A stretch of 64,000 nt of DNA from Octopus sinensis (GCF_006345805.1 NC_043015.1:38998001-39062000), one strand, 5' to 3'; positions 37,259-49,924 are shown, numbered from the stretch's first letter. The notes: generated by a model not told the origin, from the letters alone. Numbers and translations are program-made.

Positions 37259-37690
37259 TCATCATCATCATCGACATCAACATCGTTTAACGTCCGCTTT
37301 CCATGCTGGCATGGGTTGGACGGTTTGACAGAGGACCAGCAAGCCAGGCAGCTGCAACAGGCTCTAATCTGATTTGGCAAGGTTTCTACAGCTAGATGCC
37401 CTTCCTAACACCAACCACTCCAAGAGTGTAGTGGGTGCTTTTTTTACATGCCACTGGCACAGGTACCAGTCAGGTGACACTGGAATTGACCACATTAGAA
37501 TGGTGCCTTTTACGTGCCACCGGCATGGGAGCTAGTCAGGGGGCACTGGTATTGACCATGTTTGGATGATGCTTTTTACATGCCACCAGCATGGGAGCCA
37601 GTCAGGGAACACTGGCATCGACCATAATCAAATGGTGCTTCTTATGTGTCACCAGCATGGGAACCAGTCAGCGGGTACTGGCATCGAAAT
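37259..37690 (-). mobile_element. RTE 3'-end element family C with four ~64-bp internal units
   Basis: Repeated GTGCTTTT(T)AC(A/G)TGCCAC units. Confidence 0.88.
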
Positions 37691-38139
37691 GAAATTATGT
37701 GAAGTTGTAGACTGATTAAGCAGAAATGTTGGTGAACTGTTGAGGGTGTGATAGACAGGAGAGGAGGTAGCAGGATTAAGTCTAGGAAAGGGACTGTTTC
37801 AGTTAAGGGTTACTCTGGGAAAGGCAGTAGGACAAAGTGCTTAAAAGATTGGGACATCCAACTTAGATGCTTTTCAGTTCTGCCTTCCATAGAAGTTGAT
37901 GACAGGGAGATGAAAGAGTCTGGTTTGTGGAGATGAATGATATTTGTGTGGCATTAGTATTGAAACAATTACATCATTGCAGTGTCTCAGAGAGCAGAGG
38001 AGGTTAGCAGTACAGCTGATTTCTCAGAAACTGCACAAAGAATTCCAAGAAATTCAATATAATAATAATGATGATGATGATGGTGATGATGATTAATTAA
38101 TTAATTAATTATTTTTTAACAATAATAATAATGGCTTCA

Positions 38140-38310
38140 AATTTTGGTACAAGGCCAGCAATTTCAGAGGTGGGGTAAGTCGATTACATCAACCCCAGTG
38201 CGTAACTGGTACTTATTTAATCGATCCCGAAAGGATGAAAGGCAAAGTCGACCTCGGCGGCATTTGAACTCAGAACATAATGTCGGAAGAAATACCACTA
38301 GACACTTTTC
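38140..38310 (-). mobile_element. SINE family A partial copy
   Basis: Core and B box present, about 60 bp from exon 10. Confidence 0.8.
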
Positions 38311-38370
38311 TCAACACCATAATGATTAATAACAATAAAAATGCAACGTTTTACAAATGAAGGGACTTAC

Positions 38371-38483
38371 CGTAGGTCTTGGTAGAATCCGAATTCTTCG
38401 TTCTATGTTCTTTACTGCAACGCAACAGCTGACATAACTCTTTGCACTCTCATACCAGACTTTACCAAAAAGGTAAACCACAC
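38371..38483 (-). CDS. POLA1: POLA1 exon 10 ([38 protein letters not shown])
   Basis: Matches human GVVFLFGKVW...VSCCVMVKNIER. Confidence 0.97.
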
Positions 38484-38610
38484 CTAATTATGAAAAAAGA
38501 ATAAATCAAAGATTTATAAAATCAGATAAAAAGACCATTGCAGGTTTTAGGAGGGGATTGTAAGGATCAAAGAATTCATTTAATTAGTAGTATTTAATCA
38601 ATGATGTCAC

Positions 38611-38795
38611 CTTTTTTGTTGAAAATATCTTCATAGGCATCGAACCAATAGAAGCGAAGTATCTGGTCTCCATTTTCATCTGTTGTCAATGGCAACTTAG
38701 AACTGTCTATCTCCATGGATACCGAATCATCCAAATTTTCTGTCTTAGTTTCGTTTACCAATGACCATCCACTTTCCAAGTCAGGAATCTCGTTT
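38611..38795 (-). CDS. POLA1: POLA1 exon 9 (KNEIPDLESGW...QILRFYWFDAYEDIFNKK)
   Basis: FYWFDAYED matches human FYWLDAYED. Confidence 0.96.
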
Positions 38796-38994
38796 CTGAG
38801 AGTGAGATCAAATAAAAACAAAAACAGGGAAGATTATTAGAAACATTGAAAATGTTGAAGTGTTTAGGAAAGTTTTGTAGTTTGCTTGAAGCATTGTTTA
38901 TTGTTTGTGAAATATAAAATGTCTTGAATGGCAAAACAATGCAGGGTGGACTGTTATAATATCTGTTATGTTTTAATTATTCATAGCCTGATAT

Positions 38995-39348
38995 ATAGTA
39001 GGAGTAGCTGTGTGGTAAGTAGCTTGCTTACAAACCGCATGGTTCCGGGTTCAGTCACACTACGTGGCACTTTGGGCAAATGTCTTCTACTATAGCCTCG
39101 GGGCAACCAAAGCCTTCTGAGAGGATTTGGTAGACGAAAACTGAAAGAAACTGAAAGGCGATGAGCCATTCTGAATTCAAATTCCACTGAGGTTGACTTT
39201 GCCTTTCATCCTTTCAGGGTCGATAAAATACCAGTTACGCACTTGGGTCAATGTAATCAACTTAATCCGTTTGTCTGTCCCTGTTTGTCCCCTCTGTGTG
39301 TAGCCCTTTGTGGGTAGTAAAGAAATAGGAAATTGAAAGAAGCCCGTC

Positions 39349-39388
<40 letters not shown>

Positions 39389-39672
39389 TTGTCCCCCCCC
39401 CCCAACATCACTTGACAACCGATGCTGGTGTGTTTACATCCCCGTAACTTGGCGGTTCGGCAAAAGGGACTGATAGAATAAGTACTAGGCTTACAAAGAA
39501 TAAGTCCTGGAGTCGATTTGCTCGACTAAAGTAAAAGAGATATTGCTAGGAATCAACTGAGTCCCTGCTATAATCGCTCAATAAACACACACAATGCCCG
39601 GTCTGGGAATCGAAACCACGATCCTCCGACCGCGAGTCCGCTGCCCTAACCACTGGGCCATTGCGCCTCCAC
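38995..39672. mobile_element. Mosaic of SINE fragments: B head (-), A core (+), B tail (+), D head (-)
   Basis: Abrupt junctions between four recognisable SINE segments in intron 8. Confidence 0.8.
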
Positions 39673-39712
39673 GCTAATAAACAGAGGGAAACAATAATGG
39701 CCAATGTCTTAC

Positions 39713-39797
39713 TTTTTTGGTAACTGTGGTGCAGGCTTCACTGACATTTCCTCCTCATCATCAAAATCAATTCCACTCAAATCCATGTCAGTTTTAT
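39713..39797 (-). CDS. POLA1: POLA1 exon 8 (DKTDMDLSGIDFDDEEEMSVKPAPQLPK)
   Basis: Acidic DFD segment like human DGDFDEPM; strong polypyrimidine CAG acceptor and GTAAGA donor; restores frame. Confidence 0.87.
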
Positions 39798-40158
39798 CTG
39801 GAAAAAAGAAAAAGATCCATTTTTTTTTCATCAGATTTTAAATGTGAAATATCAACAAGTTATTCCCATCCAGTATTTGTCCACCATCTGCCACTCAGTA
39901 CCAAACCATTATCAATCCTGCTGCTTTCTTCTTACCAAACTTCTGCCAAGATTCCTATTACCACTTTACCAAAACTGTAATTTTCTAAAATAATGAGCAA
40001 TCTGCTTTAAGAAGGTCGTGACTGGAATATAGATTGATTACTTTTGCTTTTTGTCTATTAACTAACTTCATAAAATGAATCTACAGAAATAAATTTTAAA
40101 ATATTGTTTGGAATTCTACAGAAAACTCTCCAAAAGTAGATAAAAATGGAATTCTCAC

Positions 40159-40433
40159 CCAGGGTCTCATTTTCCTTTTCTTCGGCCCAGTCTTCACTCG
40201 TCTCCTGCGGTTCTTCAGAATTGGTGCTAACCGCAGCAGGGTTTTCACAAATTTCACCAACCGCCTCGTGTTTGTAAGGTTCAGGTGAAAAGGATTCCGT
40301 ACGTGGTTTCTTTGGAATTGGTAGACAATCCTCATCAGGAATGATATTTCGGGGTTTCAATGAATGCTTGGATTTTGGTTTAGTTGGGGTGACAGTGTTG
40401 ACAGTGCTGACACTAAAGGGGTTGTTGGCAGAC
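40159..40433 (-). CDS. POLA1: POLA1 exon 7 (KSANNPFSVSTV...EEKENETL)
   Basis: NPFSV is conserved; 275-nt open exon, phase 2 to phase 1. Confidence 0.9.
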
Positions 40434-40585
40434 CTTAAAACGGAAAACAAACACAAATACTGCAGACATTTCACTCTTTATACGGTTGCATAATTCATGA
40501 ATATGTGACACACATTGTGTATTGTGTGTGTTTTGTGTGATATATTGTATGTATGTACACGTGACACACACTGCATGAGTAATAT

Positions 40586-40855
40586 CATCATCATCATCAT
40601 CATTTAATGCCTGTTTTCTCTGCTGGCATGAGTTGGATGGTTTGCAAGAATCTGACAAGCAGCAGGACTGCAGTGAACTCCAACATCAGCTTTGGAAATG
40701 GATGCTTTTATATGCCACCGGCACGAGGGCCAGTCAGGTGGTATTGGTAATGGCCACGTCCAAATGGTGTTTTTACGTGCCACCTGCACAGGAGACAGTC
40801 CAGTGGCACTGGCAACGACCTCACTTGAATGTTATTTTTCATGTGTCACCGGCAC
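40586..40855 (-). mobile_element. RTE 3'-end element family C, decayed
   Basis: CATCAT tail and internal units. Confidence 0.78.
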
Positions 40856-40948
40856 ATATACATATTTATATACATACCTATATGCATATAGGTATGTATA
40901 TACATAATAATAATAACATTAATAAATTTGAAGGGAAAATTGTCTTAC

Positions 40949-41061
40949 TTCTTCCTTGAACCTGCTTTTTTGGCTGATCCCAGAAGAATGTTGGTAGCAG
41001 GTTGGTGGATTTGGCCCATAATGTCAGACAAGATATCGTCTTTTTCAACACTCACATCTTT
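40949..41061 (-). CDS. POLA1: POLA1 exon 6 (KDVSVEKDDILSDIMGQIHQPATNILLGSAKKAGSRK)
   Basis: DDILSDIM resembles human DGLLGDIL (AND-1/Ctf4-binding region); splice sites and phase fit. Confidence 0.9.
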
Positions 41062-41279
41062 CTAAAATAATGAATTGAAAAGATTAAAAATAAATATTTA
41101 TGAAAATGTCTAATATTTATTTTAGTCCACCTGAAAGGATGAAATGCAATAACCAACTTTAGCAGGATTTGAACTTGGAACATTTGGCAACATAACTAAG
41201 TGGTAGTTGGCATGTTATTTGATGCTCTACCAATTCTGCAATCCCTTGTTAATAGGCTCAGCATCACACTTTGAGACAA

Positions 41280-41545
41280 GAAAACCAACGCCTAGATTTG
41301 GCAGCAGACGAAGGTCAATGACATCATTAGAACCATCAAGGAGAACAAATACAGATGAATTGGCCACACCATGTGACTGAAGGACAATGAGGGTGACGGA
41401 ATGGACAAGACAACAGACAAGATCAAGAGGCTGACCGGAGACAAATTGGCGAGATGATCTCACTCACTATATGGGGCTTACATGGCCATGATTACCAGAG
41501 ACAACAGGGAAAGGAGTTCAGGCAGAGGTTTGTTCTCAGAAGCAA
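41280..41545 (+). mobile_element. Degenerate RTE ORF2 C-terminal remnant
   Basis: QQTKVNDII..IK..K.R..GH...RVTEW...RSRG.P.T.WRDDL pattern with stops. Confidence 0.55.
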
Positions 41546-43458
41546 TGAAACCTTGGATAGTGGATTGTCAATATTTATAACAATATTTTTGCTGTTTATG
41601 TATGTTTTCCCACACATCAATAATTGAAAGGATCAGTAAACTTAGATATTGTTGGAAGAAGAGAAGGGGCACTTGTCTGTATTAAATCCTAAATTGGTAG
41701 GGATCACAGAAATATATAAAGTGGTAAAAACAGAATCTGATTAGGGGATTTCTCCAAGAGTGTAGCGGGTGCTTTTCATGTGCCACCGGCACGCGGGCCA
41801 GTCAGGTGGTACTGGCATCGACCACACTCGAATGGTGTTTTTTATGTGCCACTGGCACATAATGCCTCCCTCACACTCCCCTTCCTCCTAATTATCTTCC
41901 CCTTTCACTATCACTCTCTACAGTATTCTTACACCCCAGACTCCATCCCCCTTGAAACTATGAAAGCTAGGGGCCTGAATCAACTCATTTGAGACAGAAA
42001 GCATTAAAAAAAAATCCGAATACTGAGAGGAACATTAGGACACTCGCATATTTTTACAGATAATTATCTGTAATTTAACCTTGAAGTCACTCAACCATAA
42101 AATGCGTGCAACAAAACAAGAACCAAATAAGGCGGACATTTATAAAATATATCAACATAAAGAGAAAAAAAAACCCGTCCAATTTGTAAAGCATAAAACT
42201 GAAGAACCCTCAGCTTTGGCAGACTCTGGCATTTAGAGACAACGTTGTAGGAAGTATCCCATGGCAGAAAAGCATCGGATAAAATTAATTTTATTCTGAC
42301 ATTTTGGGAGTCCCCTTTTGTTGGTTACAACAGTGAATTATACCTCTTCATGAGACCTATTATAATTAAGAGGAGTGACTTGTTGAGAGCTAAGTATTCA
42401 GTGACTGATCTAGGCTAAAAATCAATTGAAGGAAAGGTCGCAGTTTCTCTCTTTCCTTTATTTCTTAGTAAAGTTGTGTAAAGATGAGAGTTTTATTTCT
42501 CAGCATACAAAACTGACCCATTTACAGAAGGTTAAAAACTGAGACTTTAACTTGGCTGCAAAAAAGTTTAACAAACAAATATTGTTATCAATTTTTGCTT
42601 CAGACAAGTTTGTTGTCCCTAACGTGAGAGCATGCTTTGTTGATTCACAGAACATCAACTTATCTAACGTTAATAGTTTCGCTCTGTGAACCACACAAAA
42701 ATTGTTTACTAATGCTATTTTTTTTTTCACTTTATTACAGTGAAGTACTACATTAAGCAGTAAAACTAGTTTATGCAGCTGTTGAATATACAAAGCTAGA
42801 AAATACTAAGCAAACAAGAAAACAAACAAACAGGTGTAAAAGGCAGGTCAAAAAAGCCAATGAAACAAAAACAAATTCAAAAACTGTAAATTGTCATAGA
42901 ATTGATTGCAGGTGAATAACATAGGTAACCCAGTTTTAACAGACAATGGTACAGCTTGTAAACAAAATCAAAATTATTTTTCAGAATTTCATTGACTCCA
43001 ACCATGTTTACTTTCTCCGTGTTTGATGATTTCAGAGAGCAAAACCATCTCCTTCCATCTTAATCTCTCTCTCTCCTTTCTCGTTCCGTCCAATCTTTCC
43101 CTTCCATCACTCGATATTTTTTACCCCCAGAGAAGCAACACATTCCCAACATTGATTATTGTTTTTAATGCCGTCCTGAAGAAAATATTTCAATTTACTA
43201 ATCAACTTTACCCACCCTCGGTTATCATACTCAACTGTTAAAAGTTCTCTTTTGTTGCTTTTTTTATTTTATTTTTATCTCTCACTGGAGAACACCAAAA
43301 CATAAACCATATCTTACTCCTGATTGGACCATCCAGCCTGTACCACAACTACCTTCCATAATATCAGCTAGAATGCACCCCACTGGCAATCAACCTTATT
43401 CTAAGATCCCATATGCAAACCGATCAACTACCAACGGAAAGAACTGTCATATAAGTAT

Positions 43459-45045
43459 CATCATCATCATTGTTTAACGTCCGTTTTCCATGCTGGCATG
43501 GGTTGGACGGTTTGACTGAGGACTGGCAAGCCAGGAGGCTGCACCAAGCTCCAATCTGATCTGACAGAGTTTCTACAGCTGGATGCCCTTCCTAACGCCA
43601 ACCACTCCGAGAGTGCAGGGGGTGCTTTTTATGTACCACCAGCATGAAGGCCAGTCAGATAGTACTGGCATCGAACATGCATGAATGGTGCATTTTATGT
43701 GCCACTGGCAACGCCCATGCTTAAATGGAGCTTTTTGCGTACCAGAAGTACGGGAACCAGTCCAGTGGGACTGGCATTGACCACATTCGAATTATGCTTT
43801 TTATGTGCCACTGGTATGGGTGCCACTGGCATTGGCCACGACAAAGATTTCACTTGACTCAACAACTTTTCTCTAGAATAGTTTATTGTCCAATGATTGA
43901 AGTGTACTCTTAAATGGGCTGGTTATGCTACACTAGCATAGGCCATGGTTATGGTCTCACTTGGCTTGCTGGATCTTCTCAAGCACGGCATATTTCCAAA
44001 GGTCTCAGTCGCTTGTCATTGCCTCCATGAGGCCCAAAGTTCGAAGGTCGTGCTTCACTACCTCATCCCAGGTCTTCCTGGGTCTACCTCTTTCAGAAAT
44101 ACCCTCCACTGTTAGGGTGTGACACTTCTTCACACAGCTGTCCTCATTCATAGGCAACACATGACCACACCAGTGCAATCATCCCTCTTGTACACCACAC
44201 CTGATGACTCTTATGTCCAGCTTTTCTCTCAGGGTGCTTACGCTCTGTCATGTATGCACACTGACATTACACATCCAGTGGAGCATACCAGCATACCAAA
44301 ACGTCACCTTCAGTTCTGATAGTGACTCAGCTATTAGAGCAAGGTCATCAGCATAGAGGAGCTCCCAGGGGCATCCAGTTTTGAATTCCTCTGTTATTGC
44401 CTGGAGAACTATGATGAATAAGAGAGAGCTGAGGACAGATCCTTGGAGGACCCCTACCCGGAATTCTTCACTATATTCATTGCCAACCCTCACCTTACTA
44501 ACAGCATCCCTGTACATGGCTTGAACAGCTCTTATTAACCACTCATCTATCCCTAGTTTCAGCATTGATCATCAGATAAGGGATCAGGGGACCCTGTTAA
44601 AGGCTTTCTCCATGTCAACAAAAGCCAGGTACAGAGGTTTATCTTTGGCTAGGTATTTCTCTTGCAGCTGTCTTACCAGAAATAAAGCATCAATGGTGCT
44701 CCTCCCCAGTACAAACCCAAACTGCATCTTGTCTAAACTAACTGTCTCCCTAATTAGTTGGGCTATGACCGTCTGTGACTTTCATTACCTGATCCAACAA
44801 CTGTAATTATTCATATCTAATGCATCACCTTTACCTTTGTAGCCGTTGACTTTGGTGCTGCTACACCATTCATTGGGTATGATTCCTTCATGTACCACCT
44901 GGTTAACTATAAGGGTAACTAGACTATAGCCAACACCGCTAGATATTTTAAGCATCTCTACGGTGATTCTTGATGGCTGGGGACTTTCCTTGTCTTCATA
45001 GCCTTAATTGTTTTATCTACCAAGGTACTGTTAATTTGGACAGAT
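43459..45045 (-). mobile_element. 5'-truncated, internally deleted RTE-clade LINE (RT remnant plus 3' UTR with (GAT)n tail)
   Basis: Translates to AFVDMEKAF, QGSVLS..LF, LLYADDL and GRPRKTW motifs with frameshifts and stops; tail CATCATCAT on the plus strand at 43459. Confidence 0.92.
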
Positions 45046-45243
45046 GGAGTTGGGGAGAAGCATATACAAAATGATGACAATGTACTTGCTTTTATCATTT
45101 CTAAAAAAGGAAAAAAACATTGAAGTGCAACTATGAGAGGCTCTTAAATGTGAAGACTGCATGGTATTGAGAAGACCTACCCCTTGTAGACCCAACAGAG
45201 GGACCAGTTACACAAGATGACAGTAATTTTGTTCATAGAATGA

Positions 45244-45472
45244 TTAACCCTTTCCTTACCAACCCGGCTGAAACCGGCTCTGGCTCTGAATACAAATGCC
45301 TTGTTTTCATAAATTCTGAATTAAAATCTTCCACCAAACCTTAGTCACAATTTATGTTCCTAACACCAGCTTAATGATTACAAAGTTATTTCACTAAATT
45401 CTTTGTTATATTTAAAATTAATTGAAAGAAACACACAGCATCTCATAATAAATACGGTAACGAAAGGGTTAA
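45244..45472. mobile_element. TTAA-flanked MITE (piggyBac-like ends)
   Basis: TTAA-CCCTTTC(C/G)TTACC...GGTAACGAAAGGG-TTAA; relatives at about 46470-46545 and 49503-49705. Confidence 0.85.
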
Positions 45473-45564
45473 ATATAGGAAGGCAGTAAAGGTTGCTGGT
45501 TCATTAGTGATCATTTGCCGAGATGATTACAATATCTGATGGAGGAGGGCTCTCATTAATCACC

Positions 45565-45866
45565 AGTATTACTTGAGAACAGTGGTCCCGGTGCGCACAT
45601 CCGCACTAGCTAATCGTGACTAGTCGATCCTTACTTTGTGTTTTTGCATGTTATTTGTTTTGTTTAAAAAAGTATTTACTTTGTGTTTTTGTGTTTTATT
45701 TATTTTGTTTAACAAAAATTATTTTCTTTGTGTCAAAAAATTATTTATTTTGTGTTTTATTTACTTTGCTAGGTAATCGTTGTAGGATCGACTAGTCATG
45801 ACTAGCTAGCGCGGATGCGCGACTACACGAGTGTGTGCACCGGGACCACTGTTCTCAAGTAGTACC
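45565..45866. mobile_element. Fold-back MITE with 9-bp TSD (Mutator-like)
   Basis: TIR GTA(T/C)TACTTGAGAACAGTGGTCCCGGTGC plus an inner IR; TSD TTAATCACC at 45556-45564 and 45867-45875. Confidence 0.88.
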
Positions 45867-46150
45867 TTAATCACCCACGAAAGTCAACCAAGCAGTAAAG
45901 GAGAGTGTCACACTGAATGATTCGTGAAGTGGTATCAGGCAAAGAAGATGCACTGGACAGAGGACATTACAGAAGTATCCAGTTGATGGAGCACGTTACG
46001 AAAGTTACTAAATGAATCACATGCATTCACAGCTGATCAGTGCCACTGACTGCAATTTGGCTGGATGAAGGCAGACCTAGGGTTAAACAACAAAACCATT
46101 TACCACCAACTCCATCCTATTCAAAACGAGATCAAAAAACTTTTCTTTAC

Positions 46151-46263
46151 CTCCTTTTTCTTGGTAGTCCCAGCTGATATAAACATGTTGCGAATGTTCT
46201 GTTTCGGTTTCCTGTCCGGGTGATGGATGTTGGGATTCTTCTTTTTCTTGGAATTTCCTTTGC
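46151..46263 (-). CDS. POLA1: POLA1 exon 5 (SKGNSKKKKNPN...QNIRNMFISAGTTKKKE)
   Basis: NIRNMF resembles human NIKSMF; phases fit (AAG acceptor, GTAAAG donor). Confidence 0.9.
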
Positions 46264-46839
46264 CTTTTATTGAAGAGAAACCAGAACAGAAACGGTTCGG
46301 AATAAACATTGCACGATTGTGAAAGTGTGTGTGAATCAGTGGTATACGTGTGTATAGATGAGTGTATGCATGTTTGTGTGTAAAGATATATGTCATAGTG
46401 TGTAAAGGTATGTGTGATAGCGTGTGAATGTAAGCGGTGACAGCGCATCAACAGGGTAGCCTCCATCAACCTTTTCGTTACCAACCTGGCTGAAACCATG
46501 TCTGGCTCTGAGTACAAATGTCTTGTTTTCATGAGTTTTGAATTAACAGGCTACTATGGAGTTTCCATCTGTTCAATCTACTCACTACGCTTGCTTAAAG
46601 AGCCACACAATGGGGCTGAAGCCGAAACACCACAGTTGGAAAGCAAACTTCTTAACCACACAGCCATTTTAGAGAGGAAATCACACACATACACACACAC
46701 TCTCTCTCTCTCTCTCTCTTTCTCCCTCATAACAGTTTATATTCAGAGTCAATAACATTTACTTCGTTAACTAATGACTGTGTCTGTGTCAATAGATTTG
46801 ATTGGAAGAAAGAAAATAAATAAATAAAAGGAAACGTAC

Positions 46840-46920
46840 TTTTGGAATCTCGAAGGAATTCATCATCATTAAGATCCTCGTCAAATATTTCGCGACCATC
46901 TTCAACGTAACCAATTCCAT
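46840..46920 (-). CDS. POLA1: POLA1 exon 4 (NGIGYVEDGREIFDEDLNDDEFLRDSK)
   Basis: GIGYVEDGREIFD is identical to human; 104-bp intron to exon 3. Confidence 0.96.
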
Positions 46921-47024
46921 CTGAAACAAATTTAGAAAGAATTAAAATGAATCAAAATTCCTTTAAATGTAAGAGTGAGAATAATGGAAGAGAAAAACAG
47001 CTTCGAATGATCAAAGAGACGTAC

Positions 47025-47121
47025 TGTCGTCAATAATCCAGTCTTCTTCCTGTCGTTGCCGAACTATTTCAGAGTAGTCATCTTCATCAACAACATCGTA
47101 GATGGCTCTGTCTTCAGAGAG
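47025..47121 (-). CDS. POLA1: POLA1 exon 3 (LSEDRAIYDVVDEDDYSEIVRQRQEEDWIIDD)
   Basis: Conserved acidic N-terminal motif (YxxVDExxYxxxVxxRQxxDWIxDD); splice sites present. Confidence 0.96.
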
Positions 47122-47212
47122 CTGAAGGAAGAAAAGAAACTGCCTTGAAGAAGATAACATAAAAGGCAACGGAATCAGGCATTTATAGACGAAGCTTAGA
47201 GTTTTGTTACCA

Positions 47213-47573
47213 GGCGCAGGAGTGGCTGTGTGGTAAGTAGCTTGTTTACCAGCCACATGGTTCGGGTTCAGTCCCACTGTGTGGCACCTTGGGCAAGTAT
47301 CTCTACTATAGCCTCGGGCCGACCAAAGCCTTGTGAGTGGATTTGGTAGACGGAAACTGAAAGAAGCCCGTCGAATATATGTGTGTTTGTCCCCCTAGCA
47401 TTGCTTGACAACCGATGCTGGTGTGTTTATGTCCCTGTTACTTAGCGGTTCGGCAAAAGAGACCGATAGAATAAGTACTGGGCTTACAAAAGAATAAGTC
47501 CTGGGGTCGATTTGCTCGATTAAAGGCGGTGCTCCAGCATGGCCGCAGTCAAAATGACTGAAACAAGAGAGTA
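47213..47573 (+). mobile_element. SINE family B, full length
   Basis: Near-consensus. Confidence 0.92.
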
Positions 47574-48058
47574 AGGAAATCAACAAGAAATATTTGCACA
47601 GTTTTTAGCATGAATTAAAGAATTTATAACAAGAGTAAAATGGAAAGTAGTTGAGATAATGGACTTCTTTTACTTGCTATGTCTACTTCTGAACAAAAGG
47701 AAAAAAAAGAAAGAAAGAAAAAGTCTTCATTTACAGGACATTGTTGCTGCTGCTACTACTACTACTACTTTTTATAAATGCAGAAAACATGTTTATTTTT
47801 TTGTCTTTAGATGATCGAAGGATGTACTTAATGGTTTGTTGTTCTGGCACCAAAATACTAATCTTCCTATCTCATAAAATATTTACATTTTATAAAAGTT
47901 CAAATATATTATCTGCCAAAAGAATTAAGTGCTGAAGCTTCTAAAGGACAGTTTGCCCTTAATTTAACCAGAGGCAGAAAAACATATTTTAAAACCAATT
48001 CAATACTACAAAACGTATTTAACAATACTAATTAAATACAATTAACTACTTTCATTAC

Positions 48059-48168
48059 CTGATATTTGTTTTTTTCACCTGCCTCTTTACTCTTTTTCAA
48101 TTTGGCAAAGGCAGCCAGTCGACCAAACTTGTCTGATTTTTCTCGTTTTGCTCTTCCAGACGGGGTCA
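48059..48168 (-). CDS. POLA1: POLA1 exon 2 (VTPSGRAKREKSDKFGRLAAFAKLKKSKEAGEKNKYQ)
   Basis: AG/GT bounded; resembles human [31 protein letters not shown]. Confidence 0.93.
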
Positions 48169-48534
48169 CTACAATCAGTTCAAATGAAACATTTATGTTA
48201 CACTTGCAGGAAACAGAATAAAAAGGAAATTTAATACAATTTTATGAAGTTAAAGGCTTCGATCAATTAAAACAGTTTTACTATGGAAACAAATTGGTAA
48301 CCATGGAAGCATGAGGTTAGTGTGTGTGGACCAACTGTGTCAACAGAAAGACTGGACATCAGAGTTGTCTGCTGTCATATGCAAGAGAAAAGACTTTGAT
48401 GGGATAGACAGGGGATGTGCATGAAGAACATTATGTGGAAAAGTGCCAAAGTATGGTAGGAAGCTGCAGAAGACCAAAAATAAAATTGAGATCGAAATCG
48501 ATCAAAAAAATCAATGGAAATTGTAGTTGTGATA

Positions 48535-48855
48535 CCAGTGTCGGTGGCACATAAAAAGATCCAACTGAATGTGGCCGTTGCCAGCTCCACCTTGACTGGC
48601 CTCCATGCTGGTGACACGTAAAAAGCACCAACCGATCGCGGCCGTTGCCAGCCTCACCTGGTACCTGTGCCAGTGGCACGTAAAAAGCACCCACTACACT
48701 CTCGGAGTGGTTGGCGTTAGGAAGGGCATCAAGCTGTAGAAACACTGCCAGATCAGACTGGAGCCTGGTGCAGCCTCCTGGCTTCCCAGACCCCAGTTGA
48801 ACCGTCCAACCCATGCTAGCATAGAAAGCGGACATTAAACGATGATGATGATGAT
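48535..48855 (+). mobile_element. RTE 3'-end element family C
   Basis: Near-consensus, (GAT)n tail. Confidence 0.9.
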
Positions 48856-49803
48856 CTCAGGGTGTTAGACCTCACAAAGGAGATAAAGGACTGAATCAAG
48901 TGGAGGATGATGTGCTGTAAAGGACTCACTCAACCTGTGCCAGCTTGGAAAAGTGGATGACAGAATAATGATGATGATGACTAACTGAGTAGAAAAAAAA
49001 AATCTCAGCTCTAAATGCAGACAGCAAAAAAAAAAACTGAACTCAACTATTTTGTATTTACTCTCATAAATGCATTTTTGACAATTCGCTGTCCTTACTC
49101 GTAAAAGTGTAGGAGAGGACAGTATTGGGAAGGTATTTCAGAGGGTTGGTGTTGTGAGTAGATATATGTCTACCTAATGTACCTAATGTCTAGCAGGAGA
49201 GAAACCAAGATTTGGCTGGTAAAAAGCAGGGATCACAAAAAAGGGGGTCATGTTGGAAGTTCTAAAGAACAAGGTGTATGTAGAGAGGGAGATGCACAAT
49301 AAGAAGGTTCCAAAAGATTTTGGTAGAAAACGCCAATAATTAAAGGAAGTGTTCCATCTTAGAAAACAGAAGCCAGACTCTTAAGGTGTATAAGCAAATC
49401 AACAGCAGTAAAAATAATTCTTGATTCTTTGAGAATGATGTATTTTGTTCAGCTGAGTTCATTGCAGTTGATGGATCTTAATATTTGTAGCAGACGAGGA
49501 TTCTTTAACCATTTTGATGCCATCCTGTCTGTAAACCGTCCCAGGTTCTCTGAAATTAAAATCTTCCATAAAAATTCCTGCCAATTTGCATTCCAGACAC
49601 CAGCTCAACAATTAAGCCATTTTAATAAATTCTTCATTATTTTCAAAGTTAATTAAAAACAAAGGCAGTATATTTCAACATAAATATGGTAACAAAAAGG
49701 TTAAATTGTTTTTTGTTCAGGAGACAAATAGCATTTTAAGGAGTATGTCTCTACATCGTTACCCATGATTAACAGTAAATAATGGAAATAGTAAACAAGT
49801 CCC

Positions 49804-49924
49804 GGTACTACTTAAGTACAGAAGCCCCGACGCACCTACGTAACCCTAACCCACCTAATGGGTGGGCACTGTAAAAACATAACGTTACGCAGATGCATCA
49901 GGGCCTTTGTATTTAAGTAGTGTC
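49804..49924. mobile_element. Short MITE with related GGTACTACTT terminus
   Basis: About 31-bp imperfect TIRs; imperfect TSD CAAGTCCC/CGAGTCCC; internal TAACCCTAACCC. Confidence 0.7.

Noticed and set aside
37430-37690. ~64-bp periodic repeats resembling a CRISPR array
   Set aside because: The units are degenerate tandem copies with no unique spacers, inside an RTE 3' UTR in a eukaryotic genome.
39583-39672. tRNA-like sequence with a TCG anticodon-like loop
   Set aside because: It is the head of SINE family D (continues into the TGTGTGTGTTTA body) and lacks a proper acceptor stem, so it is not a tRNA gene.
42500-42793. 97-aa ORF in intron 5 as a possible nested gene
   Set aside because: No recognisable motif or supporting exon chain.
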